DNA of 64,000 bases from Candidatus Aquidulcis sp. (lineage in GTDB: Bacteria > Chloroflexota > Anaerolineae > Anaerolineales > UBA4823), in the NCBI GenBank assembly GCA_020723385.1, contig DYIZ01000009.1, forward strand, positions 3,676-67,675, given 5' to 3'. Under the pieces are notes generated by a model that saw only the letters and a list, made by a program, of their open reading frames with translations, was not told where the DNA came from and searched no databases. The translations under genes were made by a program, and so were the position numbers. Positions 1 to 9,194 of the stretch are shown piece by piece (position 1 is the first letter of the stretch; every line of letters begins with the position of its first letter).

Positions 1-299
1 AGGAGAAAAAGCTCCTCGAATTGGAGGGGATCAGCCGCCCGCGGGACGATCTCCAGCGGGTAGGGTTGCCCGAGGAACAAAAACGTCTCGCCCACGGCGA
101 ACTGCCGGGGAGGGGAGGTGGGGCTGGCCGCGCGGGATTGGGCCTGCTTGCGGCGCACCCAATCGGCCTTCTGCTCCACCATTTCCTGGATGCGGGCGAG
201 CGAGAGGCGCAGCGGGGCGCGCACGGTCAACTGCCCGTCGCGTTCGACGATCAGCGCCACGGTTTTGCGGCGGGAGCGGATGAGCTGGTCAATGTGCAT
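1..299 (-). CDS. YgjP/DUF45-like (M48-type) metal-dependent hydrolase, N-terminal part only (gene runs off the window start)
   Basis: Not in the ORF track (no stop in window). The reverse complement starts at ATG ('cat' 297-299) and reads MHIDQLIRSRRKTVALIVERDGQLTVRAPLRLSLARIQEMVEQKADWVRRKQ...FAVGETFLFLGQPYPLEIV, the N-terminal pattern I recognise from YgjP/DUF45 proteins. The listed +ORF 21..326 is its antisense shadow. Confidence 0.6.
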   Translation of the reverse strand, partial: MHIDQLIRSRRKTVALIVERDGQLTVRAPLRLSLARIQEMVEQKADWVRRKQAQSRAASPTSPPRQFAVGETFLFLGQPYPLEIVPRAADPLQFEELFL

Positions 300-515
300 G
301 GGGTGAATTGTGCCACAGAATCATAGGATTTACAGGGGATTGTGTGAAAGTCTGTCACTATTGACTTGCTTTTGGATTCCGGTTAAGATTGCCGAGATAA
401 TCGGATAGAAATTATCCGATATTTCTTGCCTTCGATGAAGAGGGAGTTAACAGGATGAAAGGATAAAAAGATTCTGGTTCTGCCGGAGTTTGTGGTTTTG
501 CCATTTTTGCTCGAA

Positions 516-589
516 CCATCCACGAATATTCCACGAATACACGAAATGGGACGCATAAATTCGAGTATTCGTGGCCTATTCGTGGACGG
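516..589. repeat. Tandem-unit hairpin: CCACGAATAttCCACGAATA (520-539), spacer, TATTCGTGGccTATTCGTGG (566-585)
   Basis: Read directly. The two arms are exact reverse complements except for the 2-nt inter-unit spacer. A smaller hairpin AATCGGATA/TATCCGATA lies at 399-421. Confidence 0.75.
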
Positions 590-852
590 TTTGCAACCCA
601 ACCACAAAAAACATCAGAATCAGAAAAGGTAGTACCGCATAAGTCGCTATCAACGGTGACCAAAACGCCGGTTGAGTTTGTCGAAACCAGCGTTTTGGCG
701 CAATGTCTGGTCTCGATTACGGCAAAAAACGCCTACTCGACCAACGTAATAGCGAGTTATGCTCCATTGCCAGAAAAGATTGTTTCTATATCTTTTTATC
801 CTTGCATCCTGTTTCAACCCGATACACATGGAACGATGCATTGTGGTTTTAC

Positions 853-1587
853 ATGAAAAATTCAAATTTGCCAACCCACCATTTCAAATGGCTAGCCCTG
901 TTCGCCGTAGGGCTGGTCGTTATCTCCGCCTGTGGGGGAAACCCTGTGGTCACACCCACCAGCGCCCCCGCCGACACAGACGCTACCCCGCCAGCTGCTA
1001 CAGCCGCGGCGTATCCAATGCCGTCAGCTTCCCCGGCGACCGAGGCCACACCGACCCCTCCCGAAGCCTATCCTGGCCCGGTCGAGACAGCGCTTCCCGC
1101 GCCCAACTGCGCCAGCCCCGCGACCCCATTACCGGCGCTGACCGAAGGGCCGTATTTCAAGTCCGGCTCACCCGAACGCGCCTCGCTGCTTGATGAAGGT
1201 GTGGTAGGAACGCCGCTCATTCTCACCGGTTACGTTCTGACCCCGGACTGCCAACCCATCGCCAACGCATTGCTGGATTTCTGGCAGGCTGACGGCGATG
1301 GCGTGTACGACAACGCCGGTTACCGGCTGCGCGGCCATCAATTCACCGACGAAAACGGCTACTACCGGCTCGAAACGGTGGTTCCTGGGCTGTATCCAGG
1401 GCGGACGGAGCACATTCACGTCAAAGTGCAGCCGCCAGGCGGTGCGGTGTTGACCACTCAACTATTCTTCCCGGATGTGACCGAAAACCAGGGAGATGGC
1501 ATTTTCTCCCCGTTACTGCTGGTAACGTTCACCGAGTCAACCGATGGATTAACGGCTCGGTTCGATTTTGTGGTGGGTGGGGGTTGA
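853..1587 (+). CDS. Intradiol ring-cleavage dioxygenase-like lipoprotein
   Basis: ORF track 703..1587. Start trimmed to ATG 853 because MKNSNLPTHHFKWLALFAVGLVVISACGG is a lipoprotein-type signal. The C-terminal half (GTPLILTGYVL...DFWQADGDGVYD...YYRLETVVPGLYPGRTEHIHVKV) matches the intradiol dioxygenase-like family. Confidence 0.7.
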   Translation: MKNSNLPTHHFKWLALFAVGLVVISACGGNPVVTPTSAPADTDATPPAATAAAYPMPSASPATEATPTPPEAYPGPVETALPAPNCASPATPLPALTEGPYFKSGSPERASLLDEGVVGTPLILTGYVLTPDCQPIANALLDFWQADGDGVYDNAGYRLRGHQFTDENGYYRLETVVPGLYPGRTEHIHVKVQPPGGAVLTTQLFFPDVTENQGDGIFSPLLLVTFTESTDGLTARFDFVVGGG

Positions 1588-1630
1588 AAGTTATCTATCG
1601 GCCGCTGATGAATGAGAATTAAATTCATAC

Positions 1631-1690
1631 TTGACAAGGGGTGAATTATTGGGTATATTGAATGCGAACGTTCGCCCGAACGCTCGCATT
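1631..1690 (+). promoter_or_regulatory. Sigma70-like promoter plus LacI-type operator upstream of the first LacI gene
   Basis: TTGACA (1631-1636), 17 bp, TATATT (1654-1659). This is followed by a 30-bp near-palindrome AATGCGAACGTTCG...CGAACGCTCGCATT (1661-1690) containing the perfect GCGAACGTTCGC (1664-1675). Confidence 0.55.
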
Positions 1691-1707
1691 TGTCCGAGGA
1701 GATACTG

Positions 1708-2772
1708 ATGGCGCAACGAGTGACTTTGAAACAGGTAGCGGTACAGGCGGGGGTGAGCTATCAAACCGTTTCTAAAGTTCTCAATAAGCAGGCGCAGGTT
1801 TCCAAAGAAACGAAAGAACGTATCTTAGAGGCAGTCCAAACTCTTGGATACCACCCAAACTCGATCGCTCGCAATATGCGATTGCAGCAAAGCTGCTTGA
1901 TTGGCTACTCCTGGGCGCCGGCCCCACCCGATCAGGTCAACCCGATCCTCGACCAGTTATTGCAGAGCATGGCCCAGGCTGCGGAAACCGCTGGCTACCA
2001 TCTGCTGTGCTTCCCCCATCATTTCGATCAGGAAACTGTTACTGCTTACCGCGATTTGATTGATACCAATCGAGTTGATGGTTTTGTCATATCCAGCGTC
2101 GAATACGATGACCCGCGGGTGACATTTTTGCAAGAAAGAGGTTTTCCGTTTGTGGCGTTCGGCCGCTCGAATCCAGAGCTGTCGTTCCCATTTGTAGATA
2201 TAGATGGCGCGGCCGGTATGCAAATGGTTGTAGAGCATCTGGTGAGACTGGGACACCGCCATATTGCTGCCTTAGCCTGGCCGAAAGATTCGCGGGTCGG
2301 TCAAAACCGAATGGATGGCTATCTGAGCGGCCTTGCTGCTAACGGAATCTCCGTATCGCCGGGTTTGATCTTGCGTTGCGAGGGCAATTTCCAGGGCGGG
2401 TTGGAAGCGACTTCACGTTTGTTGGAATTGCCAGTTATCCAGCGCCCCACCGCGATCATGGCCTTCAATGATGTGATGGCAATCGGCGCTATACGTGCAG
2501 CCCAGGAACGAGGGCTGCAAGTGGGAGTGGATCTGGCAATCACAGGTTTCGATGACACGCCTATGGTCCAATATTTGACGCCCACCCTGACCTCCGTCAG
2601 GCAGCCGATCTGGGAGGTGGGCCAGCAGGTCATTTCTATCCTCTTGAGCATTCTGAATGAGACATCCCTGCCTGGAGCGCAGGTGCTTGTGCGTCCAGAA
2701 TTAATCGTTCGCGAATCCAGCCGTGGACAGAGTATCCAAAATGACAAGACAAAATTGGTCAATTACCCCTGA
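1708..2772 (+). CDS. LacI family transcriptional regulator
   Basis: N-terminal HTH VTLKQVAVQAGVSYQTVSKVLN plus a sugar-binding core (AFNDVMAIGAIRAAQERGLQVGVDLAITGFDD). ATG 1708 is preferred over TTG 1690 because GAGGAG lies 7 nt upstream. Confidence 0.9.
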   Translation: MAQRVTLKQVAVQAGVSYQTVSKVLNKQAQVSKETKERILEAVQTLGYHPNSIARNMRLQQSCLIGYSWAPAPPDQVNPILDQLLQSMAQAAETAGYHLLCFPHHFDQETVTAYRDLIDTNRVDGFVISSVEYDDPRVTFLQERGFPFVAFGRSNPELSFPFVDIDGAAGMQMVVEHLVRLGHRHIAALAWPKDSRVGQNRMDGYLSGLAANGISVSPGLILRCEGNFQGGLEATSRLLELPVIQRPTAIMAFNDVMAIGAIRAAQERGLQVGVDLAITGFDDTPMVQYLTPTLTSVRQPIWEVGQQVISILLSILNETSLPGAQVLVRPELIVRESSRGQSIQNDKTKLVNYP

Positions 2773-2796
2773 GGTTATCCAGGGAGAAGGCGATAT

Positions 2797-2844
2797 TTGA
2801 CAATCAGGCTTATCTCCCGTATAATGTACGTAACCGTTTACGTA
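2797..2844 (+). promoter_or_regulatory. Sigma70-like promoter plus LacI-type operator upstream of the second LacI gene
   Basis: TTGACA (2797-2802), 17 bp, TATAAT (2820-2825), then the imperfect palindrome TACGTAACCGTTTACGTA (2827-2844). Confidence 0.55.
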
Positions 2845-2870
2845 TGTTTTACTAAAATCAACACTGACTT

Positions 2871-3893
2871 ATGATCACCATCCGCGATTTAGCTGAACAA
2901 CTTGGGGTTTCCGTGGCAACTGTGTCGCGCGCCCTCAATGACCAGTTGGGTGTAAGCCCTGAATTGAGGCAAAGAGTGTTGGACCTGGCTGCGGAGATGA
3001 ATTACCGTCCGAATGTTGCCGCGCGCAACCTCAGTACCGATCGAACCCATACTGTCATTTTCATGGTTCACCGGCGTCGTTTCCCGGCTGCAGCAGATCC
3101 GTTCTATTCCTACATCATGCACGGGATGGAGGCAAGTCTCAGTCTGGAAGGTTACAGTATTATGCTGTTGACTGTGACTGATGAGCAGCTTGCACAGGGG
3201 CCTCAATCCCTACCGGCCTTACAAGAAAAACGAGCAGACGCAGTTGTTCTGGCTGGCCCGGAGTTTTTGCCGGGGTTCATTCTTTCGGTCGCCCGGTTAG
3301 GTTTGACTACCTTATTGGTTGATAATGCCTTGCGCGAGACCCCATTTCCTGCTGTATTGGCCGATAACGAAGGCGGCTCACGCACATTGACCGATCATCT
3401 CATCAAAGTGCATGGGCATACCCATATCGCTTTTTTACAAGGCCCGAAAGGGTGGATCAGTTGCGAGGAACGTTCTGCAGGATACCAATTTGCAGTCAAC
3501 GCCGCCGGATTGGAATCTCACATTGTCGAATCGGAAGACACGACACCTGAAACCGGGCAAGACGCCTTTTTGCGTGCGATCAAAGACAGGCCCGAAACGA
3601 CCGCGATTGTCGCATCCAATGATGCGATGGCTATTGGAGCCATGCGCGCCGCACGCCAGCTTGGCATCAAGATGCCGCAAGAGATGGCGATCGTTGGCTT
3701 CGATAATATCTTTTGGTCAGCCTACGCGGATCCATCATTGACGACTGTCAGTATTCCCACCATAGAAGTTGGCCGGCTGGCGGCTCGGTTATTGCTCGAG
3801 CGGCTGTACGGAACCGTAACTGCGTCATCCAGAACTATTGTGGCCACCCAGTTGGTTATTCGCAACTCTTGCGGGTGCATGGAAGCAGCATAA
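2871..3893 (+). CDS. LacI family transcriptional regulator
   Basis: HTH ITIRDLAEQLGVSVATVSRALN plus a periplasmic-binding-fold core (ASNDAMAIGAMRAARQLGIKMPQEMAIVGFDN). Confidence 0.9.
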   Translation: MITIRDLAEQLGVSVATVSRALNDQLGVSPELRQRVLDLAAEMNYRPNVAARNLSTDRTHTVIFMVHRRRFPAAADPFYSYIMHGMEASLSLEGYSIMLLTVTDEQLAQGPQSLPALQEKRADAVVLAGPEFLPGFILSVARLGLTTLLVDNALRETPFPAVLADNEGGSRTLTDHLIKVHGHTHIAFLQGPKGWISCEERSAGYQFAVNAAGLESHIVESEDTTPETGQDAFLRAIKDRPETTAIVASNDAMAIGAMRAARQLGIKMPQEMAIVGFDNIFWSAYADPSLTTVSIPTIEVGRLAARLLLERLYGTVTASSRTIVATQLVIRNSCGCMEAA

Positions 3894-3940
3894 GCGGTGT
3901 GATTTACCCCCTATCGCGGATAGGCGGAGAAAATTAACAA

Positions 3941-3984
3941 GGGAGTCACTCACCATCCCTGCCAGGAACGCATGAGTGACTCCC
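3941..3984 (+). terminator. Stem-loop after the second LacI gene (possible terminator/insulator)
   Basis: GGGAGTCACTCA (3941-3952) and TGAGTGACTCCC (3973-3984) form a 12-bp perfect stem with a 20-nt loop. There is no T-run, so the role is uncertain. Confidence 0.3.
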
Positions 3985-4171
3985 AACAACCAGCGGCGGT
4001 CGAATGCCCCTGATTTGGCGTCAGATTATAACAGATAACGAAACAAGAAATCGGAGATGCCGCGCTGGATGCTACCAGGAGGTTTTTGCTATTCCCACAA
4101 TAAAAGATCATTTTCCAGCGAAAAGAGAACATAACCCTGTTCATTCCCAACTAACCTGAAGGAGTATCGAG

Positions 4172-6718
4172 ATGAAGAAAACCAATCCCCTTTTTCTTGT
4201 TTTTAGCCTGCTGATGATCCTCAGCATGGTCCTGACTGCCTGCGGTAATGCAACTGAGACAGTAGTGACTGCACCCACTGATACAAGTGCGCCGCCGACA
4301 AAACCGCCTGCCTCCGAACCGACCAAGACACCCCTCCCCGAGGGCGTAATCGCGGTTGAAGAGGGCGCCAGCATCGTCTTCTCCGGCTGGGGCGACGAAA
4401 CCGAGCAGCAGATCTATCGCGACTCGATTGCGCGCTTCAACGAAGTTTACCCGAACGTTACCGTAGATTTTCAGCCTATCCCGGCAGACTTCCAGACCAA
4501 AATGAAAGCAGCCATGGCTGGCGGCACCGCCGCGGATGTTTTCTACGTAGACGACCAACTGATGACAGCTTTTGGCCCCACCGGCCAGCTCCTGCCGTTG
4601 GATGAGTACATGAAAGAGGCCGGCGTCAATCGCTCTGATTTCATCACTGCCTTGCTGTCTATCTTCACCCTCAACAATGTGACCTACGCGCTGCCCAAGG
4701 ACTGGGGCACGCTGGGTTTGGTGTACCTGCCCGAGGCCTTCGCCGAGGCCGGTATCCCCGAGCCAACCGCGGACTGGACGTGGGATGATCTGAAAACAGC
4801 GGCTGAGAAAATCAAGGCTACCGGAAAGTATGGCGGCTTCTGCCAGAACGCTGACTGGGCGCGCTTTGCCCCGTGGGCTTTCGGAAATGGCGGCGCTTAT
4901 GCTAACGCTGATTTCACTGCACCCATGATGAATACACCCGAAGTCAAGGGTGCGGCACTGTACCTCACCGATATGTACAAGCAGGGCTTGATCGTAACCG
5001 CCTCGGATGTAGGCGCAGGCTGGTGCGGCGAAGCCATCGGCAAGAAACTCGTGGGCATGACCTATGAAGGCGGCTGGATGGTCAACTTCATGCGCACAAG
5101 CTACGCAGATGTAACCTGGAAAGCTGTCTCGCTGCCCGCTGGCCCCAAAGGCAATGCCGATGTGATCTTCACCAATGGCATCGGCGTCAATGCGGCTACC
5201 AAGTACCCCAAGGCTGCCGCGGCCCTGGCGTTATTCCTCACTGGTAAAGACAACCAGGCTGAGATCGTCAAGACCGGCTTCGCTTACAGCACTCACCCCG
5301 ATCAGCTCGATATGGTTGTGGATCCCAATGACAAAGCTATCGCCCAGGGTGGGATGTTCGAGCTGACCCGTGTGGCCTATTGGGGTCCCAATACCGGTAA
5401 AGTCAACGACGCGGTTGGCAAAGCCCTCGAGCGTGTTTACCTCGGCGACCAGACCGTGGATGAGGCTTTCGCCCAGGCTGAGCAAGAAGCGTCCGAATTC
5501 CTCACCGGCGGCGGCGCTTCGGTCGGCACTGGCCTGACCGGGTTAGCCGTTTTGGAGGTCGAGGAAGGCGCCAGCATTGTCTTCTCCGGCTGGGGCGACG
5601 AGACCGAGCAGCAAATCTATCGTGACTCGATTACGCGTTTCAACGCGATTTACCCCAACGTCAAGGTGGATTTCCAACCGATCCCGGCAGACTTCCAGAC
5701 CAAGATGAAAGCAGCCATGGCTGGCGGCACCGCCGCGGATGTCTTCTACGTAGACGATCAACTGATGACGGCCTTCGGCTCCACCGGCCAACTGATGCCG
5801 CTGGACTCCTACATGGCCGCCGCGGGCACCGGGCGTGGCGATTTCATCCCCGCTTTGATGTCCATCTTCACCCTGGATGGCAAAACTTACGCGCTGCCCA
5901 AGGACTGGGGCACGCTGGGTTTGGTGTACCTGCCCGAGGCTTTCACCGAGGCGGGCATCCCCGAGCCAACCGCGGACTGGACATGGGATGATCTGAAAAC
6001 CGCAGCCGAGGCGATCCAGGCCACCGGCAAGTATAGCGGCTTCTGCCAGAATGCTGATTGGGCGCGCTTCGCCCCGTGGGCTTTCGGCAACGGCGGGGCG
6101 TATGTCAGCCCCGACTTCAAGACCGCTACGGTTGATACCCCTGAGATCAAAGCGGCTGCCACCTTCGTCGCCGACATGAAGAATAGCGGCGCTATCGTGA
6201 CCGCCTCGGACGTTGGTGCAGGCTGGTGCGGCGAGGCCATCGGCAAGAAACTCGTGGGTATGACCTACGAAGGCGGCTGGATGGTCAACTTCATGCGCAC
6301 GAGCTACGCGGATGTGGCGTGGAAAGCTGTCTCACTGCCCGCTGGCCCTCAAGGCAATGCCGACGTGATCTTCACCAATGGCATCGGCGTCAATGCGGCT
6401 ACCAAGTACCCCAAGGCTGCTGCAGCCCTGGCGATCTTCTTGACCAGCCGCGAGAATCAAGCCGAGATCGTCAAAACCGGCTTCGCTTACAGCACTCACC
6501 CGGATCAGGTGGATCTCGTTGTTGATGCCAACGACAAAGCCATCGCCCAGGGCGGCCTGTTCGACCTGACCCGCGTTGCTTACTGGGGACCCAACACCGG
6601 CAAGATCAACGACGCAGTCGGCAAGGCCCTGGAGCGCATCTACCTCGGCGATCAGACCGTGGATGAGGCTTTCGCCCAGGCGCAGCAAGAAATCCAGGAT
6701 ATCCTCGACGGAAAATAA
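4172..6718 (+). CDS. ABC transporter (CUT1-type sugar) solute-binding lipoprotein with two tandem full-length binding domains
   Basis: Lipobox LTAC and RBS AAGGAG upstream. Residues from VEEGASIVFSGWGDETEQQIYRDSI (nt 4355) recur from nt 5558, a period of 1203 nt (401 aa), with most positions identical. Confidence 0.9.
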   Translation: MKKTNPLFLVFSLLMILSMVLTACGNATETVVTAPTDTSAPPTKPPASEPTKTPLPEGVIAVEEGASIVFSGWGDETEQQIYRDSIARFNEVYPNVTVDFQPIPADFQTKMKAAMAGGTAADVFYVDDQLMTAFGPTGQLLPLDEYMKEAGVNRSDFITALLSIFTLNNVTYALPKDWGTLGLVYLPEAFAEAGIPEPTADWTWDDLKTAAEKIKATGKYGGFCQNADWARFAPWAFGNGGAYANADFTAPMMNTPEVKGAALYLTDMYKQGLIVTASDVGAGWCGEAIGKKLVGMTYEGGWMVNFMRTSYADVTWKAVSLPAGPKGNADVIFTNGIGVNAATKYPKAAAALALFLTGKDNQAEIVKTGFAYSTHPDQLDMVVDPNDKAIAQGGMFELTRVAYWGPNTGKVNDAVGKALERVYLGDQTVDEAFAQAEQEASEFLTGGGASVGTGLTGLAVLEVEEGASIVFSGWGDETEQQIYRDSITRFNAIYPNVKVDFQPIPADFQTKMKAAMAGGTAADVFYVDDQLMTAFGSTGQLMPLDSYMAAAGTGRGDFIPALMSIFTLDGKTYALPKDWGTLGLVYLPEAFTEAGIPEPTADWTWDDLKTAAEAIQATGKYSGFCQNADWARFAPWAFGNGGAYVSPDFKTATVDTPEIKAAATFVADMKNSGAIVTASDVGAGWCGEAIGKKLVGMTYEGGWMVNFMRTSYADVAWKAVSLPAGPQGNADVIFTNGIGVNAATKYPKAAAALAIFLTSRENQAEIVKTGFAYSTHPDQVDLVVDANDKAIAQGGLFDLTRVAYWGPNTGKINDAVGKALERIYLGDQTVDEAFAQAQQEIQDILDGK

Positions 6719-6884
6719 TTTGTTGTTCTTGACCCTCTCTTTGCCCACGCCTGTTCTTAGGTGATGAGAGGCCTTTCTTCTCCTCTCCCTCCATCCTCGT
6801 TTCTTGGCGAGGATGGAGGGACCCAAGGGGATCAAGATTCTCCACATCCCCAGCTTAAGCCCTCAGACCTTTCGGAGGTGTTCG

Positions 6885-7904
6885 ATGTCCACAGTCACAC
6901 GCACCGGCCGTAGTATTTGGCGAAATCCTCGCGCCCGCACTGAGGCGATGATGGCCTATTTATTCTTGTCGCCTTACCTGATCGTGACGTTGATATTCAC
7001 CATCGGCGTCATTCTCTTCGCGATCTATATCAGCTTTAATCATTTCGATTTGTATACCTGGCCGCCCAAATGGGCGGGGTTGGATAACTATATCAAGGCG
7101 CTCAATCCAAGCGGCAAGTTCATCCGGTCGTTGGTCAACGTTCTCTGGTACGTGGTGATCGTCGTGCCAACTCAAACCGCGTTGGCCCTGGCTCTGGCAA
7201 CACTCATCAATGTCAAGGTAAAGGGGTCACAACTTTTTCGCACGCTGTTCTACGCGCCCAGTGTGACCTCATCGGTTGTGATCACCATGATCTTCTGGTG
7301 GTTGTATCTGAAGACTGGTTATCTCAACTTCGGTTTGTCCAAACTTTGGGCGGTTTTTGGCGGCAATTGGCTCCCCGTCGAGTGGCTGAATAACCCCCGG
7401 GGTTTGATTCAACTGTTTGTCACCGCCTTTGGGGGCAATATCCCCTCTAATCTTTGGTATCTGCGCGGCCCCAGTGTGACCTGGATGGCGATCATGTTCC
7501 AGAATATCTTCACCACCGCACCGACCTTCATGATCATGTTCCTGGCCGCTTTGCAGGAAGTCTCACCCTCCTTGTATGAAGCCGCTTCGATTGATGGCGC
7601 CAATAAATGGCAGCAGTTCTGGAAAATTACCCTGCCCATGCTGCGACCAGTGCTTTTATTGGTTATCGTGTTGGGCACAATCGGCACCTGGCAGATTTTC
7701 GACCAGGTGAAAATACTCACCGCCGGTGGGCCTCTCGATACCACGTTGGTGCCGGTCTACCTGATTTACTCGGAGGCCCTGGGAACCAATGGACCGCCAA
7801 CGATGGGGTATGCCAGCGCCATGGCCTTCGTTCTGGCGGCGGTTATCTTTTTCTTTACCTTCGTCCAGCGCCGCTTCATCGAGCGTGGCACGGAACAATA
7901 CTAA
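6885..7904 (+). CDS. Carbohydrate ABC transporter permease (MalF/UgpA-type)
   Basis: Track ORF 6804..7904. ATG 6885 is preferred (GGAGGTG 5 nt upstream). It is a multi-TM protein with the EAA-loop context LYEAASIDGANKWQQFWKITLPMLRP. Confidence 0.88.
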   Translation: MSTVTRTGRSIWRNPRARTEAMMAYLFLSPYLIVTLIFTIGVILFAIYISFNHFDLYTWPPKWAGLDNYIKALNPSGKFIRSLVNVLWYVVIVVPTQTALALALATLINVKVKGSQLFRTLFYAPSVTSSVVITMIFWWLYLKTGYLNFGLSKLWAVFGGNWLPVEWLNNPRGLIQLFVTAFGGNIPSNLWYLRGPSVTWMAIMFQNIFTTAPTFMIMFLAALQEVSPSLYEAASIDGANKWQQFWKITLPMLRPVLLLVIVLGTIGTWQIFDQVKILTAGGPLDTTLVPVYLIYSEALGTNGPPTMGYASAMAFVLAAVIFFFTFVQRRFIERGTEQY

Positions 7905-7919
7905 ATCCAGGAGGCGACG

Positions 7920-9194
7920 ATGGCTACCGTATCTCTCGCACGTCCTGTTCGACCGATTTCCCCGGCTGTGGCTTCTGCGCAGCGGCGGATCAGCCGGGCA
8001 ATCGTCTATATCGTTTTGATCGTCATCGGGTTGATTCTCTTCACCCCATTCATTTTGGCATTTCTGGGCACCTTCAAGACCGATGCCGAGATCATTGCCT
8101 GGCCGCCGACCTTCTTCCCGGTCAAATGGCTGGTAGAAAACTGGCCCAGGTTGTGGCGCACTGATCTCGGCGGGCAGCCGCGCCCGGAGGGGTCTACCTC
8201 GCTGGGGTTGGTGGCGGGTGTATTCATATTCTTCGTCACCTTCCTGTTCGCCGGTCTGAGCAGCGAGGAAAAGGGCAAGGGATTGCCGGCCGCCATCGGC
8301 CTGCCGATTTGCCTGGGACTGGCTATCCTCACCGGTTTTGGAAGCTCCCTCTACCTGCGCCTGAGCTTCGAGGTCAAAAATACCACCTTCCTTTGGACCA
8401 CCGGTATCGCAGTCTCCATTTTTGCTCTGCTGGCAGTGGGCATCCTCTATATGTCTCGCCCCGATTGGCAGCGCGTGATCCTCGCCATGCTGCTGGGGAT
8501 TGCGATTGGCGCGGTCACGACGGTCCTGTTCCAACAATTGGCGGTTCTGGCCGGGGGCGGGCGGTTCTTCCGCTGGTTGTTCAATACGGCCTTGCTTTCG
8601 GTCATCCGCGCTTTCACAATGCTGGTTTTCTGCTCTATGGCCGCCTACGCCCTGGCCCGGTTGAGATTCCCGGGTAAAGGGTTGATCTTCAACTTCATGC
8701 TGCTTTCCATGATGATCCCCGGCGCTGTCACGCTGATTCCGACCTACGTTATCATCTCCAAGATGGGTTGGGTGAACATGGCTTATGCCTTGATCTTCCC
8801 CAGTATCGTCAATGCTTTCGGCATTTTCATGCTGACGCAGTTCCTCAAGGCCATTCCGCATGAACTGGAGGAGGCCGCCTTTATTGACGGGGCCTCCTAT
8901 TTCCAGATCTACAAAGACGTGATCCTGCCGCTGGCGCGCCCTGCCCTGCTGACACTGTTCATCCTGCAATTCCAGGGGATGTGGAATGACTTCCTGGCCC
9001 CGCTGCTGTACTTGAACACTCCGGATATGTTTGTCCTCAACGTGGCGCTGAGCACCTTCCAACAGCAGTACAAGGCTCAGTGGAACCTGACCCTGGTCGG
9101 CGCAATGATCAACGCCGTGGTGCCGTTGGCGATGTTCTTCTTCTTCAGCCGGTATTACATCGAGGGCGTGAGCTACGCAGGGGTAAAGGGATAG
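7920..9194 (+). CDS. Carbohydrate ABC transporter permease (MalG/UgpE-type) with about 140 extra hydrophobic residues after TM1
   Basis: EAA loop LEEAAFIDGASYFQIYKDVILPLARP. At 424 aa it is longer than the roughly 280 aa I expect. The extra region carries four hydrophobic helices by eye (res ~95-225). Confidence 0.88.
   Translation: MATVSLARPVRPISPAVASAQRRISRAIVYIVLIVIGLILFTPFILAFLGTFKTDAEIIAWPPTFFPVKWLVENWPRLWRTDLGGQPRPEGSTSLGLVAGVFIFFVTFLFAGLSSEEKGKGLPAAIGLPICLGLAILTGFGSSLYLRLSFEVKNTTFLWTTGIAVSIFALLAVGILYMSRPDWQRVILAMLLGIAIGAVTTVLFQQLAVLAGGGRFFRWLFNTALLSVIRAFTMLVFCSMAAYALARLRFPGKGLIFNFMLLSMMIPGAVTLIPTYVIISKMGWVNMAYALIFPSIVNAFGIFMLTQFLKAIPHELEEAAFIDGASYFQIYKDVILPLARPALLTLFILQFQGMWNDFLAPLLYLNTPDMFVLNVALSTFQQQYKAQWNLTLVGAMINAVVPLAMFFFFSRYYIEGVSYAGVKG

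Noticed and set aside
21-326. Listed +ORF of 101 aa at the window start
   Set aside because: It is Gly/Arg/Ala-rich with no recognisable motif. The opposite strand gives a clean YgjP/DUF45-like N-terminus starting at 299, so this is an antisense shadow ORF.
703-852. Long N-terminal extensions suggested by the ORF track (703 for the dioxygenase-like gene, 6804 for permease 1, 32841 for recG, 54364 for ruvB, 18216 for the lipoprotein, 44234 for the 178-aa ORF)
   Set aside because: Internal starts give proper signal peptides, RBS spacing or conserved N-termini. The extensions run through repeat elements or overlap neighbouring genes.
7656-9062. 468-aa minus-strand ORF across the permease genes
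   Set aside because: The composition (Arg/Gln/Gly/Asp/His runs) is non-protein-like, and it is antisense to two permeases with clear EAA loops. This is a typical high-GC shadow frame. The same reasoning applies to 9959..10885(-), 30127..31785(+), 33218..34315(-), 37308..38234(+), 53363..54352(+), 55483..56523(-) and 18547..19446(-).
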